This document shows positions 1-9,357 of a stretch of 64,000 bases of DNA, piece after piece. The translations under genes and the position numbers were made by a program. The notes under the pieces were generated by a model that saw only the letters and a list, made by a program, of their open reading frames with translations, was not told the origin of the DNA and did no database searches. Every line of letters starts with the position of its first letter. Position 1 is the stretch's first letter. The stretch comes from Akkermansiaceae bacterium (lineage in GTDB: Bacteria > Verrucomicrobiota > Verrucomicrobiia > Verrucomicrobiales > Akkermansiaceae), in the NCBI GenBank assembly GCA_051251915.1, contig JBPOGF010000004.1, positions 165,776 to 229,775 on the forward strand, given 5' to 3'.

Positions 1-1
1 A

Positions 2-838
2 GACCGTATCGGTAAGGCAATGATCGAGGATGCTGAGAGGAGCGGTAAGCTCAAGCCGGGTGGTTGCATCATAGAGCCTACTTCAGGGAATACGGGGATA
101 GGGCTAGCTTTTGTGGCGCGAGCTAAAGGTTACCGTTGTATTCTTACTATGCCTGAGACGATGTCTATAGAGCGTAGAGTTCTACTTAGAATGTTAGGTG
201 CTGAGCTAGTGTTGACTCCTGGGCCAAAAGGGATGGGTGGTGCGATAGCTAAGGCGAAACAGTTGATTGAGGAGTTTGGAGATGGTGCGTTTGGGCCACA
301 GCAGTTTGATAATCCGGCTAACCCTGAGGTGCATAGACAGACTACGGCTGAGGAGATCTGGGAGGCTACAGGCGGTAAGATTGATGCTTTTGTGGCTGGT
401 GTGGGCACAGGAGGAACCATCACTGGTGTTTCTGAGGTGCTGAAGCAGAGATGCGATATGAAGACATATGCTGTAGAGCCTATGAATAGTCCTGTGATTG
501 GTGGTGGAAGCCCGGGGCCTCACAAGATTCAAGGAATAGGAGCAGGCTTTATACCGAAGAACTGCAATGTGGATATTATTGATGATACGATCAAGGTTAC
601 TGATGAAGATGCGTTCACGACAGCTAGACTTCTTGCTCAAGAAGAGGGGCTACCTGGTGGGATTTCTACCGGTGCTAATGTGTGGGCTGCAATTGAGTTA
701 GGTAAGCGACCTGAGTATGCTGGTAAAACGATCGTTACTATTGCGGCGTCATCTACTGAGAGATATCTTTCTACTCCGCTTGCTGAGTCAGTGAGAGAAG
801 AAGTGGCGCAGCTGCCTGTTTCTGAGATTCTTGATTAA
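2..838 (+). CDS. cysK: Cysteine synthase A (O-acetylserine sulfhydrylase), 5' end lies before the window
   Basis: Frame is open from base 2 ([12 protein letters not shown]). Motifs [15 protein letters not shown] and GPHKIQGIG. Confidence 0.95.
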   Translation, partial: DRIGKAMIEDAERSGKLKPGGCIIEPTSGNTGIGLAFVARAKGYRCILTMPETMSIERRVLLRMLGAELVLTPGPKGMGGAIAKAKQLIEEFGDGAFGPQQFDNPANPEVHRQTTAEEIWEATGGKIDAFVAGVGTGGTITGVSEVLKQRCDMKTYAVEPMNSPVIGGGSPGPHKIQGIGAGFIPKNCNVDIIDDTIKVTDEDAFTTARLLAQEEGLPGGISTGANVWAAIELGKRPEYAGKTIVTIAASSTERYLSTPLAESVREEVAQLPVSEILD

Positions 839-869
839 ATCTTAATAGGATATCACTAAATCATTTAAT

Positions 870-908
870 AAAGACGCCACTACGCAGATTGCGGGGTGGC
901 GTTTTTTT
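870..908. terminator. Probable bidirectional intrinsic terminator
   Basis: Hairpin aagacgccactacgca-gat-tgcggggtggcgtt followed by a T run, between convergent cysK and sulfatase genes. Confidence 0.75.
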
Positions 909-959
909 TAGGGGTATTGTGGAGAGTTTGTCTTTTATTTGCTTCGCTACTTGGTGTTC

Positions 960-2390
960 TTATTTTTTCTTCTCCTTGTTTAAGTTCCAGACTGGGTGTG
1001 GGGAGTGTTCTTTTTTCATGATTTCTTCCATTTGTTTGACTAGTCTTGGGTTTCTGGATGCTATGTTGTGTTGCTCGCCGATGTCATTTTTCAGGTCATA
1101 GATTTCCATTTTTCCGTTCCAGCCACCGAGTCTGTAGCCTTTCCAGTCGCCGATGCGGACTGATTGTTGCTTGCCTCTTTCGTAGAATTCGAAGTAGAGG
1201 TATTCGCGCTTGGTTTGGTTTCGTGCGTTGCCACGGAGGGTGGGCATGATGGAGATGCCGTCCATTTCCTCGGTGATGGGTTTGCCGCCTGCGTCAGCGA
1301 GGGTAGGCATGAGGTCCCATTGTGCTGTCTGGAGTTTTGATTTGGTTCCGGGTTTGATGACTCCTGGCCAGTAGGCGATGAGTGGCACGCGGATTCCGCC
1401 TTCGTAGAGTGAGCGTTTCATCATGCGGAATGGGCCGTTGCCGTCGAAGGTTTTGGTTCGCTTGTAGTAGCTGTCTTCATCGCCATTGTCGGAAGTCCAG
1501 ATGATGATGGTGTTTTTTTCTAGTCCTAGGTCGTGTACTGTTTTTCTGATGCGTCCCAAGTTGCGATCATGTCTGGTTAGTAGTGCGCAGTAGACTTGCT
1601 CATAGATGGTGAGGCCTTTGACTTTATCATAGCCTTCGAGGGATGGGACTCTCATTCCTCCTGGAGGGCCACCGTGGGGGACCGTACTGGCGAAGTAGAT
1701 GAAGAAGGGGTCTGACTTGTTTTCTTTTATGAATTCAATGATTTTTTCGGTGTAGAGGTCTTCGATGAATGTGCCTTTACCTACGCCTACGACTCCTGTG
1801 CCTACGACTTTATCGCGTAGTGAGGTTCCTTTGAGTGTCTGCGGGTTGTTTTCTGAGAGTTTTATTTTTTTTCCATTTTCCCAAATGTATGAGGAGTAGA
1901 AGTCTCTGCAATCGACGTGCCCTAGAAAGCCTAGCCAATAGTCCCAGCCTGTGTTGGTGATTTCTTCTGGGGTGTTAGTGCCCCCGTGAGAGATTTTTCC
2001 GAACGCGGCTGTTTTGTAGCCTGCGTCTCGGGCTACTGTGCCTAGGAGGGGGTATTTAGGTGGCCAGATATCTGAAGGCATCTTGGCGAGGTTTGCACGC
2101 CAAACTGCATTTCCGGGGTGTTTACCAGAGACTAGCGAGCATCTTGAGGGGCCGCAGACGGCGTTGCCTGAGTAGGCCTCGGTGAAGAGCATTCCGTCTG
2201 CTTTGAGTTTGTCTAGGTGTGGAGTTTTGATGATTCGCTCGCTTGAGGAATCCATTTTCATGAAGGGGGCTTTTCCGATGCCCCAGTCATCAGTGTTGAT
2301 GTAGATGATGTTAGGCTGTTTGGGTGCGGCTGATAAGATACTGGCGGAAGTGATCAGGCCTAGTAGGAAAATAGATAGTTTCTGTTTCAT
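960..2390 (-). CDS. Secreted arylsulfatase-family (S1) sulfatase
   Basis: Signal peptide, PNIIYINTDD, Cys-type CGPSR formylglycine motif, SDNG, LYEGGIRVP. Confidence 0.93.
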   Translation of the reverse strand: MKQKLSIFLLGLITSASILSAAPKQPNIIYINTDDWGIGKAPFMKMDSSSERIIKTPHLDKLKADGMLFTEAYSGNAVCGPSRCSLVSGKHPGNAVWRANLAKMPSDIWPPKYPLLGTVARDAGYKTAAFGKISHGGTNTPEEITNTGWDYWLGFLGHVDCRDFYSSYIWENGKKIKLSENNPQTLKGTSLRDKVVGTGVVGVGKGTFIEDLYTEKIIEFIKENKSDPFFIYFASTVPHGGPPGGMRVPSLEGYDKVKGLTIYEQVYCALLTRHDRNLGRIRKTVHDLGLEKNTIIIWTSDNGDEDSYYKRTKTFDGNGPFRMMKRSLYEGGIRVPLIAYWPGVIKPGTKSKLQTAQWDLMPTLADAGGKPITEEMDGISIMPTLRGNARNQTKREYLYFEFYERGKQQSVRIGDWKGYRLGGWNGKMEIYDLKNDIGEQHNIASRNPRLVKQMEEIMKKEHSPHPVWNLNKEKKK

Positions 2391-2470
2391 GAAGGGTGAT
2401 ATCCTAAATACTGTGGATAATAGAGCAATTTATTTTCTCCGCAGGTGAAATAGGCTTTTTTAAAGGTAAT

Positions 2471-2512
2471 AATCCCATTGGCTGCCTGATGATTTTGGCT
2501 ACCAATGGGATT
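2471..2512 (-). terminator. Hairpin, probable terminator of the 2593-3297 gene
   Basis: 11-bp perfect inverted repeat aatcccattgg/ccaatgggatt. Confidence 0.55.
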
Positions 2513-2592
2513 TGGAAATTACGTTGAGCTATTTCGATTTTGATGAAGAGCTACTGCGCGGTGCGATCCGTGGAGGCTATCATCTTTCTTGG

Positions 2593-3297
2593 TCAGTCAT
2601 TGCTTGTAATGGTAGTGAGTTCAGCTTTTGCTGATGGGCCTGCTTTTATAATGTGGCAATTGATTTCCTCGTAATCTGCATATTTGAATTGCTGGGCGAG
2701 GATGATGTTGTCCTGGTGGGCAAGTGTGCTAACGACACAAGTTTTTGAGGCGCTATCCTTATTTGTGCTAGCAGCTAGCTTTTTATATTTATTGATAACG
2801 TGGGTGAAGCCTCTGAGTGTTTTTGTTGGGTCATTGAGGTCTGTTGTTATTATATCTGCGCCTTTGATTCCTTTGGATTTGAGGTGTTCAGTGAGGATCA
2901 AGTTCGTGATTTGTGAGTGAATAGACTCGGTTCCGACTAGTTGGAACTTGGCGTAGCCTTTGTCGAGCAGGTTGTCGATAGCTGCTATGGATTCCTTAAT
3001 GACGGCTTCTTCTATGTAGGAATTACTCGGTGTTGTTTCAGTGAATACTGGCTTCACAGGGGAGACTTGCTGGGGGGCTGTGGCGTCGAGTTGCTTAGGG
3101 GTGGCGATGCCGGTCGTGGTGGCATTTGGCGCCTTAGCTAGTTTTACCGAGGTTTGGTGATGGAGAGCTTTGTCCTCACTGCTATACTTTGCAGTGGCTG
3201 TATCATTACTCGCTGATAGTGAATTGACTGTTAGGCTGAATGCGAGAGCTAAAATGGAGCTCGTTACTGGTGTTTTGTGTCTGATGATTGTTTTCAT
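2593..3297 (-). CDS. Hypothetical secreted protein
   Basis: 234-aa ORF with a signal-peptide-like N-terminus and a Thr/Pro-rich linker. No recognised domain. Confidence 0.7.
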   Translation of the reverse strand: MKTIIRHKTPVTSSILALAFSLTVNSLSASNDTATAKYSSEDKALHHQTSVKLAKAPNATTTGIATPKQLDATAPQQVSPVKPVFTETTPSNSYIEEAVIKESIAAIDNLLDKGYAKFQLVGTESIHSQITNLILTEHLKSKGIKGADIITTDLNDPTKTLRGFTHVINKYKKLAASTNKDSASKTCVVSTLAHQDNIILAQQFKYADYEEINCHIIKAGPSAKAELTTITSND

Positions 3298-3524
3298 AAG
3301 ATACTTCGGTGGTTTAGTTTTGGGATGGATTGGTTATGTTTTGATGTGGTAGTATAGTTATCATGATGCCTATTATTTTTTTCCAATGTTTTAGGTGATG
3401 TATACTGGTTAGACATTAACAATGTTGTTACGACAATGACTACAACTTTTGAAGAGCGCTTGTCGTGACAAGGGGTTGTGTATTAATAAATAGTGTTGTG
3501 TTGTGTTGGTGAGGTGTTGGCAAT

Positions 3525-3559
3525 ATGGTAGTCACACCACACACTAATGTGACTACCAT
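3525..3559. repeat. 12-bp perfect inverted repeat (hairpin or operator)
   Basis: atggtagtcaca (3525-3536) / tgtgactaccat (3548-3559) with an 11-nt loop. Confidence 0.8.
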
Positions 3560-3695
3560 TGTTATACCATGGAGTGGTAATTATTTTACTGCCAAACTTA
3601 GATCTAACTTTGTAGTGCGGGACTCAATGGTTATGACGGCTATGTCTTGAATCCTGTGCTATCATCATTAGATATTATCTACTTAATTTTTATAG

Positions 3696-3712
3696 AGCAT
3701 TTGGTGTGCCAA
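3696..3712 (-). promoter_or_regulatory. Putative sigma54 -24/-12 promoter
   Basis: Minus strand TTGGCACACCAAATGCT, with GG-N10-GC and a TGGCAC core. Confidence 0.55.
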
Positions 3713-3752
3713 GAGCATTTGGGAAATGATGCATAATTTTCATTAAAATAAA

Positions 3753-3779
3753 TTGACTTAATGCAAATTAGTTGCATTA
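3753..3779 (+). promoter_or_regulatory. -35 box followed by an 8-5-8 palindromic operator (Zur/Mur/Fur-family-like)
   Basis: TTGACT at 3753-3758, then TAATGCAA-attag-TTGCATTA at 3759-3779, directly before the His-rich OMP start. Confidence 0.6.
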
Positions 3780-3787
3780 GTGACTGC

Positions 3788-5077
3788 ATGAAGTTTACAA
3801 ATAAATCGATTTCAGCTGTTGTTCTATTTCATTGCTCTGCTGCGGCACTGTCTGCTGCGCCAGATTTCTCATTAAGTATCCATGGTAATGCGACCGCGGG
3901 TGTGTCTGACCGAGGTCATGAGCACACGCAGACGCATGGACACGATCCTAATGATGATTTTAATTTGCAGGGGATAGAAGTGGGCTTGAGTGTTCAAGTT
4001 AATGAATACTTAGAGGGTTTTATCAATGCGAACATTTACCAGACGGAGGATGATAGCCTAGATAGTGAGTGGGAGGAAGGATTCTTGAAATTTATAAACT
4101 TACCTCTGGATACTGAGGTAAGAGCGGGTCGCTATCTGAATAGAATAGGTAGTGAGAATAATGTCCATTTGCATGGCTGGGATTACGCTACGGCGAGTTT
4201 GTCTACTGGGTTGTTTCTCGGTGAAGATGGTCTTAGGACTGAGGGGGCTGAGGTGAGCTGGATAAAAGATTATAGTGCTGGGGAGTTGGCTATCAGTGCG
4301 AGTTTCGGTGATGCTGTGGTTCATTCACATGATCATGGAGATGAAGATGATCACGATGACCACGATGACCACGATGACCACGATGATCACGATGATCACG
4401 ATGATCACGATGATCACGATGATGACCATGATGATGAACATGATGATGAACATGATGATGAACATGATGATGAACATGATGATGAACATGATGATGAACA
4501 TGATGACCATGGTCATAGTGAAGGCCAGGAGATGGCTTACTTTAGAAATAATCTAGTGACTGTTCGATCACAGGTTAAGTATAATAGGACTGATTTTCAT
4601 CAGCATGTGATGGGGGTAAGTTTTGCGCATGGCACGAATGGTTATGGGCGCGATACTGATTTGCTAGGTACTGACTATACTTATACTTGGAGAGAGAATG
4701 GTATAGAAAAAGGCGGGAGAGCTATTACTGCTGGTGTGGAGTATTTTTATAGAAGTGTGGAGTGGCAGGATGAGGATGATGCATCTCACATTGGTGATTC
4801 ATCTCAGCAGTCACTAGCTGTGAAGACTTCTTATGAGTGGAATGAGAACTGGAAGCTATCAGCAAGGTATGAGTGGATAGATGGTGTTCATGGTGAGGTG
4901 TTCGAGATGGATGCTCGTGAGCGTGCTTCATTGGCGCTAACTCATACTAGGGAGCTGAGTGAAGACTGGGCTGCGATGGCTAGAGTTCAGTATAACCATG
5001 ATAAGGTGGATGATGAGCGCTCTAATAACCTCTACCTCCAGCTGGGCTTCAGCTTTGGAGGAGGCGAGGTACGATAG
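3788..5077 (+). CDS. His/Asp-rich outer-membrane beta-barrel, probable Zn/Ni/Co uptake protein
   Basis: Signal peptide from ATG 3788 (MKFTNKS). HGHDP and NNVHLHGWDY motifs, a poly-HDD insert, alternating beta strands, C-terminal LQLGFSF. Confidence 0.8.
   Translation: MKFTNKSISAVVLFHCSAAALSAAPDFSLSIHGNATAGVSDRGHEHTQTHGHDPNDDFNLQGIEVGLSVQVNEYLEGFINANIYQTEDDSLDSEWEEGFLKFINLPLDTEVRAGRYLNRIGSENNVHLHGWDYATASLSTGLFLGEDGLRTEGAEVSWIKDYSAGELAISASFGDAVVHSHDHGDEDDHDDHDDHDDHDDHDDHDDHDDHDDDHDDEHDDEHDDEHDDEHDDEHDDEHDDHGHSEGQEMAYFRNNLVTVRSQVKYNRTDFHQHVMGVSFAHGTNGYGRDTDLLGTDYTYTWRENGIEKGGRAITAGVEYFYRSVEWQDEDDASHIGDSSQQSLAVKTSYEWNENWKLSARYEWIDGVHGEVFEMDARERASLALTHTRELSEDWAAMARVQYNHDKVDDERSNNLYLQLGFSFGGGEVR
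4352..4498 (+). repeat. In-frame tandem repeats: 8 x cacgatgaY (HDD) then 6 x catgatgatgaa (HDDE)
   Basis: 9-mers at 4352-4423 and 12-mers at 4427-4498, counted directly. Confidence 0.95.
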
Positions 5078-5112
5078 TTTGATTGTACGTGTGTTGTTTC
5101 TGGGTCGACAGA

Positions 5113-5997
5113 TTACTGTCGGCTCAGGAATGTAAGTTCAGATACGGCAGATTTGTCGAGTTGGCCTTTGCCGATCTCGGTGAGTTTGTCGTATTGTGCT
5201 TTAGTTGCGTCGTTTAGTGGTAGTTTGAGGCCGACTTTGTCAGCTAGGTCTTTGGCTAGGCCGCTGTCTTTAGCTGCGTGTTCTGCCATGAACCAGGCTT
5301 CGTGGTCGCGGTTGACCATGTCTTCGCTGTCGGTCTCTAGCACGCGGCTATTTGCACCTGTTTGTGAGAAGACGTCGATGATCATGTTGAGGTCAAGTCC
5401 TAGGGCATCTGCTAGTCCGAGTCCTTCTGCGAGTGCTGCGGTGTTGATGTTCATTACCATGTTGACGAGGGCTTTGACTTGGGATGCTTTGCCTATTTCT
5501 CCGGTGTGGGAGAGGTTGACGCTCATTTGATCTAGTATGGGTTTTAGCTTGAGGAAGGTTTCTTTTTCTCCGCCGATGATGAGGAAGAGTGATCCATCGC
5601 GGGCCTGACTGATGCTGGATGCCATGGCTCCTTCTAGGGTGGCGGCGCCTGCTGCTTTGGCTGCGGTGTCGATGTCTTTTTGGACTTGATCTGAGACTGT
5701 GGCGCAGTTTACGAAGGTGGTTCCTGCTGATCCTTGAAGGAGGTTGTCGTCGTTTTGGAGATAGATGTTTCTCATGGCGGCGTCATTGCTGACTACGGTG
5801 AAGACGACGTCTGCTAGGGATGTGAGTTCGGAGAGGCTTTGGCAGTGTTTTGCGCCTAGTTCTTCTGCGAGTTTTGCTGCAGCGGTGGAATCGACATCGT
5901 TGATGGCGGTGATTTGGTATCCGCGGTCTTTTAAGTTACGAGCCATGTTGGCGCCCATGCGGCCAACTCCTACAAATGCTATTCTTTCGTTTTTCAT
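5113..5997 (-). CDS. 3-hydroxyisobutyrate dehydrogenase-family NAD(P)-dependent oxidoreductase
   Basis: IAFVGVGRMGANMA Rossmann motif and catalytic-region KALVN. ATG 5997 preferred over GTG 6006. Confidence 0.88.
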   Translation of the reverse strand: MKNERIAFVGVGRMGANMARNLKDRGYQITAINDVDSTAAAKLAEELGAKHCQSLSELTSLADVVFTVVSNDAAMRNIYLQNDDNLLQGSAGTTFVNCATVSDQVQKDIDTAAKAAGAATLEGAMASSISQARDGSLFLIIGGEKETFLKLKPILDQMSVNLSHTGEIGKASQVKALVNMVMNINTAALAEGLGLADALGLDLNMIIDVFSQTGANSRVLETDSEDMVNRDHEAWFMAEHAAKDSGLAKDLADKVGLKLPLNDATKAQYDKLTEIGKGQLDKSAVSELTFLSRQ

Positions 5998-6190
5998 GAT
6001 TTGCACGAATATAGCTCTATAGCGGATTATGTCTATTTGATAGTTGAGACAAAGCGAGGGAGTGGGGCTATTCGGTTGGAGGTGTGGATCTTAGCGGGAT
6101 TTTGATGAGAAATTGAATAAGATGGATTTATGGCTGGTCAAGAGGTGGAATAAAAGTTAAAGAAAAGTTAATAAAAACGTATTACCCAAC

Positions 6191-7726
6191 ATGATCAGCT
6201 ACCAAAGAGAACAACAACAGACCATCCCAGATTCAGAAGTAATTATTGTAGGAGTAGGGGGTGCTGGTGCTAATATGATAGATAGGGTGGCTCTTGATGG
6301 GATGGAAGATGCCCAGCAGTTGGCTCTGAATACAGATTCCCGCACGCTTTCTAGCACGGTGGCGAAAAATAAAATCCAGATGGGAACTAAGCTTACGCGT
6401 GGGCTTGGCTGTGGTGGTGATCCAGATCTTGGCTTGCAAGCAGCGATGGAGGTGGAGACTGAGATCCGTGATGCACTGCGTGGGCACAAGATGGTATTTG
6501 TCTGTGTGGGACTCGGTGGAGGAACAGGTTCTGGGGCGGCTCCGTTGGTGACTAGGATTGCCCGTGAGTTAGGGGCGTTTGTGGTGGTTTTTGCGACGAT
6601 GCCATTTAGTTTTGAAGGGAAGAGGAGGCGTGAGCAGTCTGAGACGGCGTTAAATGAGCTGAGTGTTTTGGCTAATGCGTTGGTGACATTTGATAATGGT
6701 AGGATGGGTGAGCTTGTGCTGGCAGCACAGGGGATTCATGAGGCGTTTTCTGCTGCTGATAGAATGATAAGTGAGAGTATCCGTGCGGTTACGCGTCTTG
6801 TGATTCGACCAGGCTTGATCAATGTGGGGCTTGATGATCTGATGAGTTCGCTTCGTGCTACTCGATCACGTTGTTTGTTTGGCTCGGGGATTGCTCGTGG
6901 TGAAAATCGCTCTAAAGCGGCACTTAAGAGTGCGCTTAATAGTCCGTTGTTAGATAAGGGCAGACTTCTTAAAAATACTCAGACTGCGTTGGTGCATGTT
7001 TGTGGTGGTAGTGAAATGACACTTTATGAGGTGGAGTTACTGATGCGCGATCTTTCTAAGACGGTTCCGGATTCGGCGCATATCTTATTTGGTGCGGCGG
7101 TGGATGATAGTATGGGTGATAGCTTGAGTGTGACGATTATCAGTTCTCTTCCGGAGGAGCATGTCATTGTGAACGATGATGATGGAGAAAGGACTGATGC
7201 GGCTACGGAGGCGACTATGGCAGCTGCGGTGGCTATTCCTGAGCCAACTCCCAGGGCAGTGGTAGCGGAGATTGAGATTGAAGTTGAGGAAGAGGTAGAG
7301 GAGATTGAAGAAGAGCCAGAACCAGAGGTTGAGGCTGTAGTCGAGGTAGAGGAAGAAAATTTACAGGTAGAGGAAGTAGAGGAGGAAGCTCATGCCCCGG
7401 AAGTTAAGATTGTTGATGAAGATCCAGTTGAAGAAGCGGAGGAGCCTGACGAGGACGAAGAAGAGTTTGAAGAAGACGAGCCGGAATCTGAAGAAGATGA
7501 TGACGAAGATCAACCTGAGGAGAACGAGGAAGATGAGGAGCCTGAAGTTGTGGCTAAAGAAGAGTCTTCTGGGCCTCCACGTAGGGAGAATAGATCCAAG
7601 CCTGCATCGCCACAGGGTGAACTTTTATTAGATGGCGGTCCTAGAGGTAAGTTTGAGGGCGAGGCTCCAAATCTTGTGGATGGCGAGGATTTAGATATTC
7701 CTGCGTTTTTGAGGAAGAAGAAATAA
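6191..7726 (+). CDS. ftsZ: Cell division protein FtsZ with a long acidic linker
   Basis: GLGGGTGSG tubulin/FtsZ signature, PFSFEG, C-terminal DLDIPAFLRK peptide. Confidence 0.95.
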   Translation: MISYQREQQQTIPDSEVIIVGVGGAGANMIDRVALDGMEDAQQLALNTDSRTLSSTVAKNKIQMGTKLTRGLGCGGDPDLGLQAAMEVETEIRDALRGHKMVFVCVGLGGGTGSGAAPLVTRIARELGAFVVVFATMPFSFEGKRRREQSETALNELSVLANALVTFDNGRMGELVLAAQGIHEAFSAADRMISESIRAVTRLVIRPGLINVGLDDLMSSLRATRSRCLFGSGIARGENRSKAALKSALNSPLLDKGRLLKNTQTALVHVCGGSEMTLYEVELLMRDLSKTVPDSAHILFGAAVDDSMGDSLSVTIISSLPEEHVIVNDDDGERTDAATEATMAAAVAIPEPTPRAVVAEIEIEVEEEVEEIEEEPEPEVEAVVEVEEENLQVEEVEEEAHAPEVKIVDEDPVEEAEEPDEDEEEFEEDEPESEEDDDEDQPEENEEDEEPEVVAKEESSGPPRRENRSKPASPQGELLLDGGPRGKFEGEAPNLVDGEDLDIPAFLRKKK

Positions 7727-7785
7727 TCGCTTTCAAGACAGGATTGAATCTTGACCTGTAGGCGGTGTGACCGATGCTAGACAGC

Positions 7786-9315
7786 ATGTCCAAAGAAGCC
7801 TTATTTCAAGAGATACTCATGGCGCGTCAGCGTGTGTATGAGGTGGGTGAAGCCACGCCGTTAGAGAAACTACCTATCGGGGATTTGGATATTGAGATTT
7901 GGGCGAAGCGTGAAGATTTAGGGCCGATTAAGGCTTACAAGTGGCGTGGGGCATATAACGCGATGGCGTCTCTGACTGATGAGCAACGTGCTCGTGGGAT
8001 AGTGGCTGCGTCTGCAGGGAATCACGCTCAAGGTGTGGCATTGGCGGCGAAGGCGTTAGGTTGTAAGGCGGAGATTTTTATGCCATTATCGACTCCTGAA
8101 GTTAAGCAGAATGAGGTGAAGCGCCATGGTGGTGATGCTGTGAATATTGTACTAGTTGGTGATAGCTATGATGATTCTGGTATTGCAGCAAAGAAGCGAT
8201 GTGATGAACTTGGCGCAGTTTATATTCATCCCTATAATGATCTGGCTACTATGGGTGGACAGGGGACTTTGGCTGATGAGATAGTGATGGCTACGAATGA
8301 GCCGTTTGATCGTGTTTATATTGCTATTGGTGGTGGTGGGTTGGCTTCGTCTGTGGCTTGTTGGTTAGAGAAATTTTGGCCGGATTGTAAGGTGATTGGC
8401 GTGGAGGGAGTAGGTCAGGCTTCGATGAAAGCGGCTATTGAAAATGGTGGACCTACTGAATTGGAATACCTTGATGTTTTTTGTGATGGGACGGCTGTTA
8501 GGAAAGTGGGTGAGAATACTTACCCCTTCTGTCGAGATCTTTTAGATGAAATTGTGACGGTGACTAACGATGAAGTTTGCCACGCGATTCGTAGACTTTG
8601 GGAGAGTATTCGCGCTATTCCTGAGCCTAGTGGAGCAATGGGGCTGGCGGCTATCATGAAGGATTATGCTTCTGGGAAGATAAAGCCTGGTGAGAAGGTT
8701 CTGACGATTATTTGTGGTGCAAATATGGATTTTGCTCAGTTGTCTAATATTTCACGAAGAGCGGGTATTGGATCTAAGCATCGCCGTTATCTACGAGTTC
8801 CTGTGCCTGAGGGTAAGGGGTCATTGGTGAATATTTTGGAGCAGCTTCCAGAAGGAGTTAGTATTGTGGATTTACAGTATGGGAAAGTGGGTGATTATGA
8901 GCAGTATCCAGTGATGGGGCTTATTGGTAGTGTGGAGGAGTATGCTCAGTTTGATAAGACTTTGGACGAGCAGGGGATTAAGGCTACGGATGTTTCTACG
9001 GAGGAAATCGTTGGTTATAGGATAATTAATTACGATCCAGATTTGTTTAAGAATCCGTTGTTTGTGAATATAGAGTTTCCGGAGCGAGCGGGTGCTTTCT
9101 TGGCCTTTATGTTGCAGGTGAAGGAGTATAGTAGTTTGTGTTATTTCAACTATAGTTACTCAGGTGAGCGGGTGGGACGTGCGCTTGTGGGCATGGATTT
9201 TGATAGTATTGAAGACCAGCAGACTTGTTTGAAGCTTATTAATAGTATGGTGGGTGCTAACATCAGGGCGGCGCATTTGGTGGGTGAAGAGACGCTGACT
9301 AGGTTGTTGGGTTAG
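7786..9315 (+). CDS. ilvA: Threonine dehydratase (biosynthetic) with C-terminal regulatory domains
   Basis: KREDL..IKAYKWRGA PLP lysine, ASAGNHAQG, GGGGL, GANMDF, FPERAGA. Alternative ATG at 7774. Confidence 0.9.
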   Translation: MSKEALFQEILMARQRVYEVGEATPLEKLPIGDLDIEIWAKREDLGPIKAYKWRGAYNAMASLTDEQRARGIVAASAGNHAQGVALAAKALGCKAEIFMPLSTPEVKQNEVKRHGGDAVNIVLVGDSYDDSGIAAKKRCDELGAVYIHPYNDLATMGGQGTLADEIVMATNEPFDRVYIAIGGGGLASSVACWLEKFWPDCKVIGVEGVGQASMKAAIENGGPTELEYLDVFCDGTAVRKVGENTYPFCRDLLDEIVTVTNDEVCHAIRRLWESIRAIPEPSGAMGLAAIMKDYASGKIKPGEKVLTIICGANMDFAQLSNISRRAGIGSKHRRYLRVPVPEGKGSLVNILEQLPEGVSIVDLQYGKVGDYEQYPVMGLIGSVEEYAQFDKTLDEQGIKATDVSTEEIVGYRIINYDPDLFKNPLFVNIEFPERAGAFLAFMLQVKEYSSLCYFNYSYSGERVGRALVGMDFDSIEDQQTCLKLINSMVGANIRAAHLVGEETLTRLLG

Positions 9316-9330
9316 AGTGCTCTTAATTTG

Positions 9331-9355
9331 GTGGGAGTTTAAAAAACTCCGGCAC
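9331..9355. terminator. Small hairpin between convergent ilvA and hemG
   Basis: ggagttt/aaactcc stem around an A-rich loop. Confidence 0.4.
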
Positions 9356-9357
9356 AT

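Noticed and set aside
4275..4556. Poly-Met/Ile ORFs 4275-4556(+) and 4325-4516(-), and a possible CRISPR-like array
   Set aside because: Alternative frames of the His/Asp coding repeat. The units are contiguous with no spacers, and no cas genes are present.
7200..7560. GAA/GAG-rich low-complexity DNA as a repeat element
   Set aside because: Simply encodes the acidic FtsZ linker.
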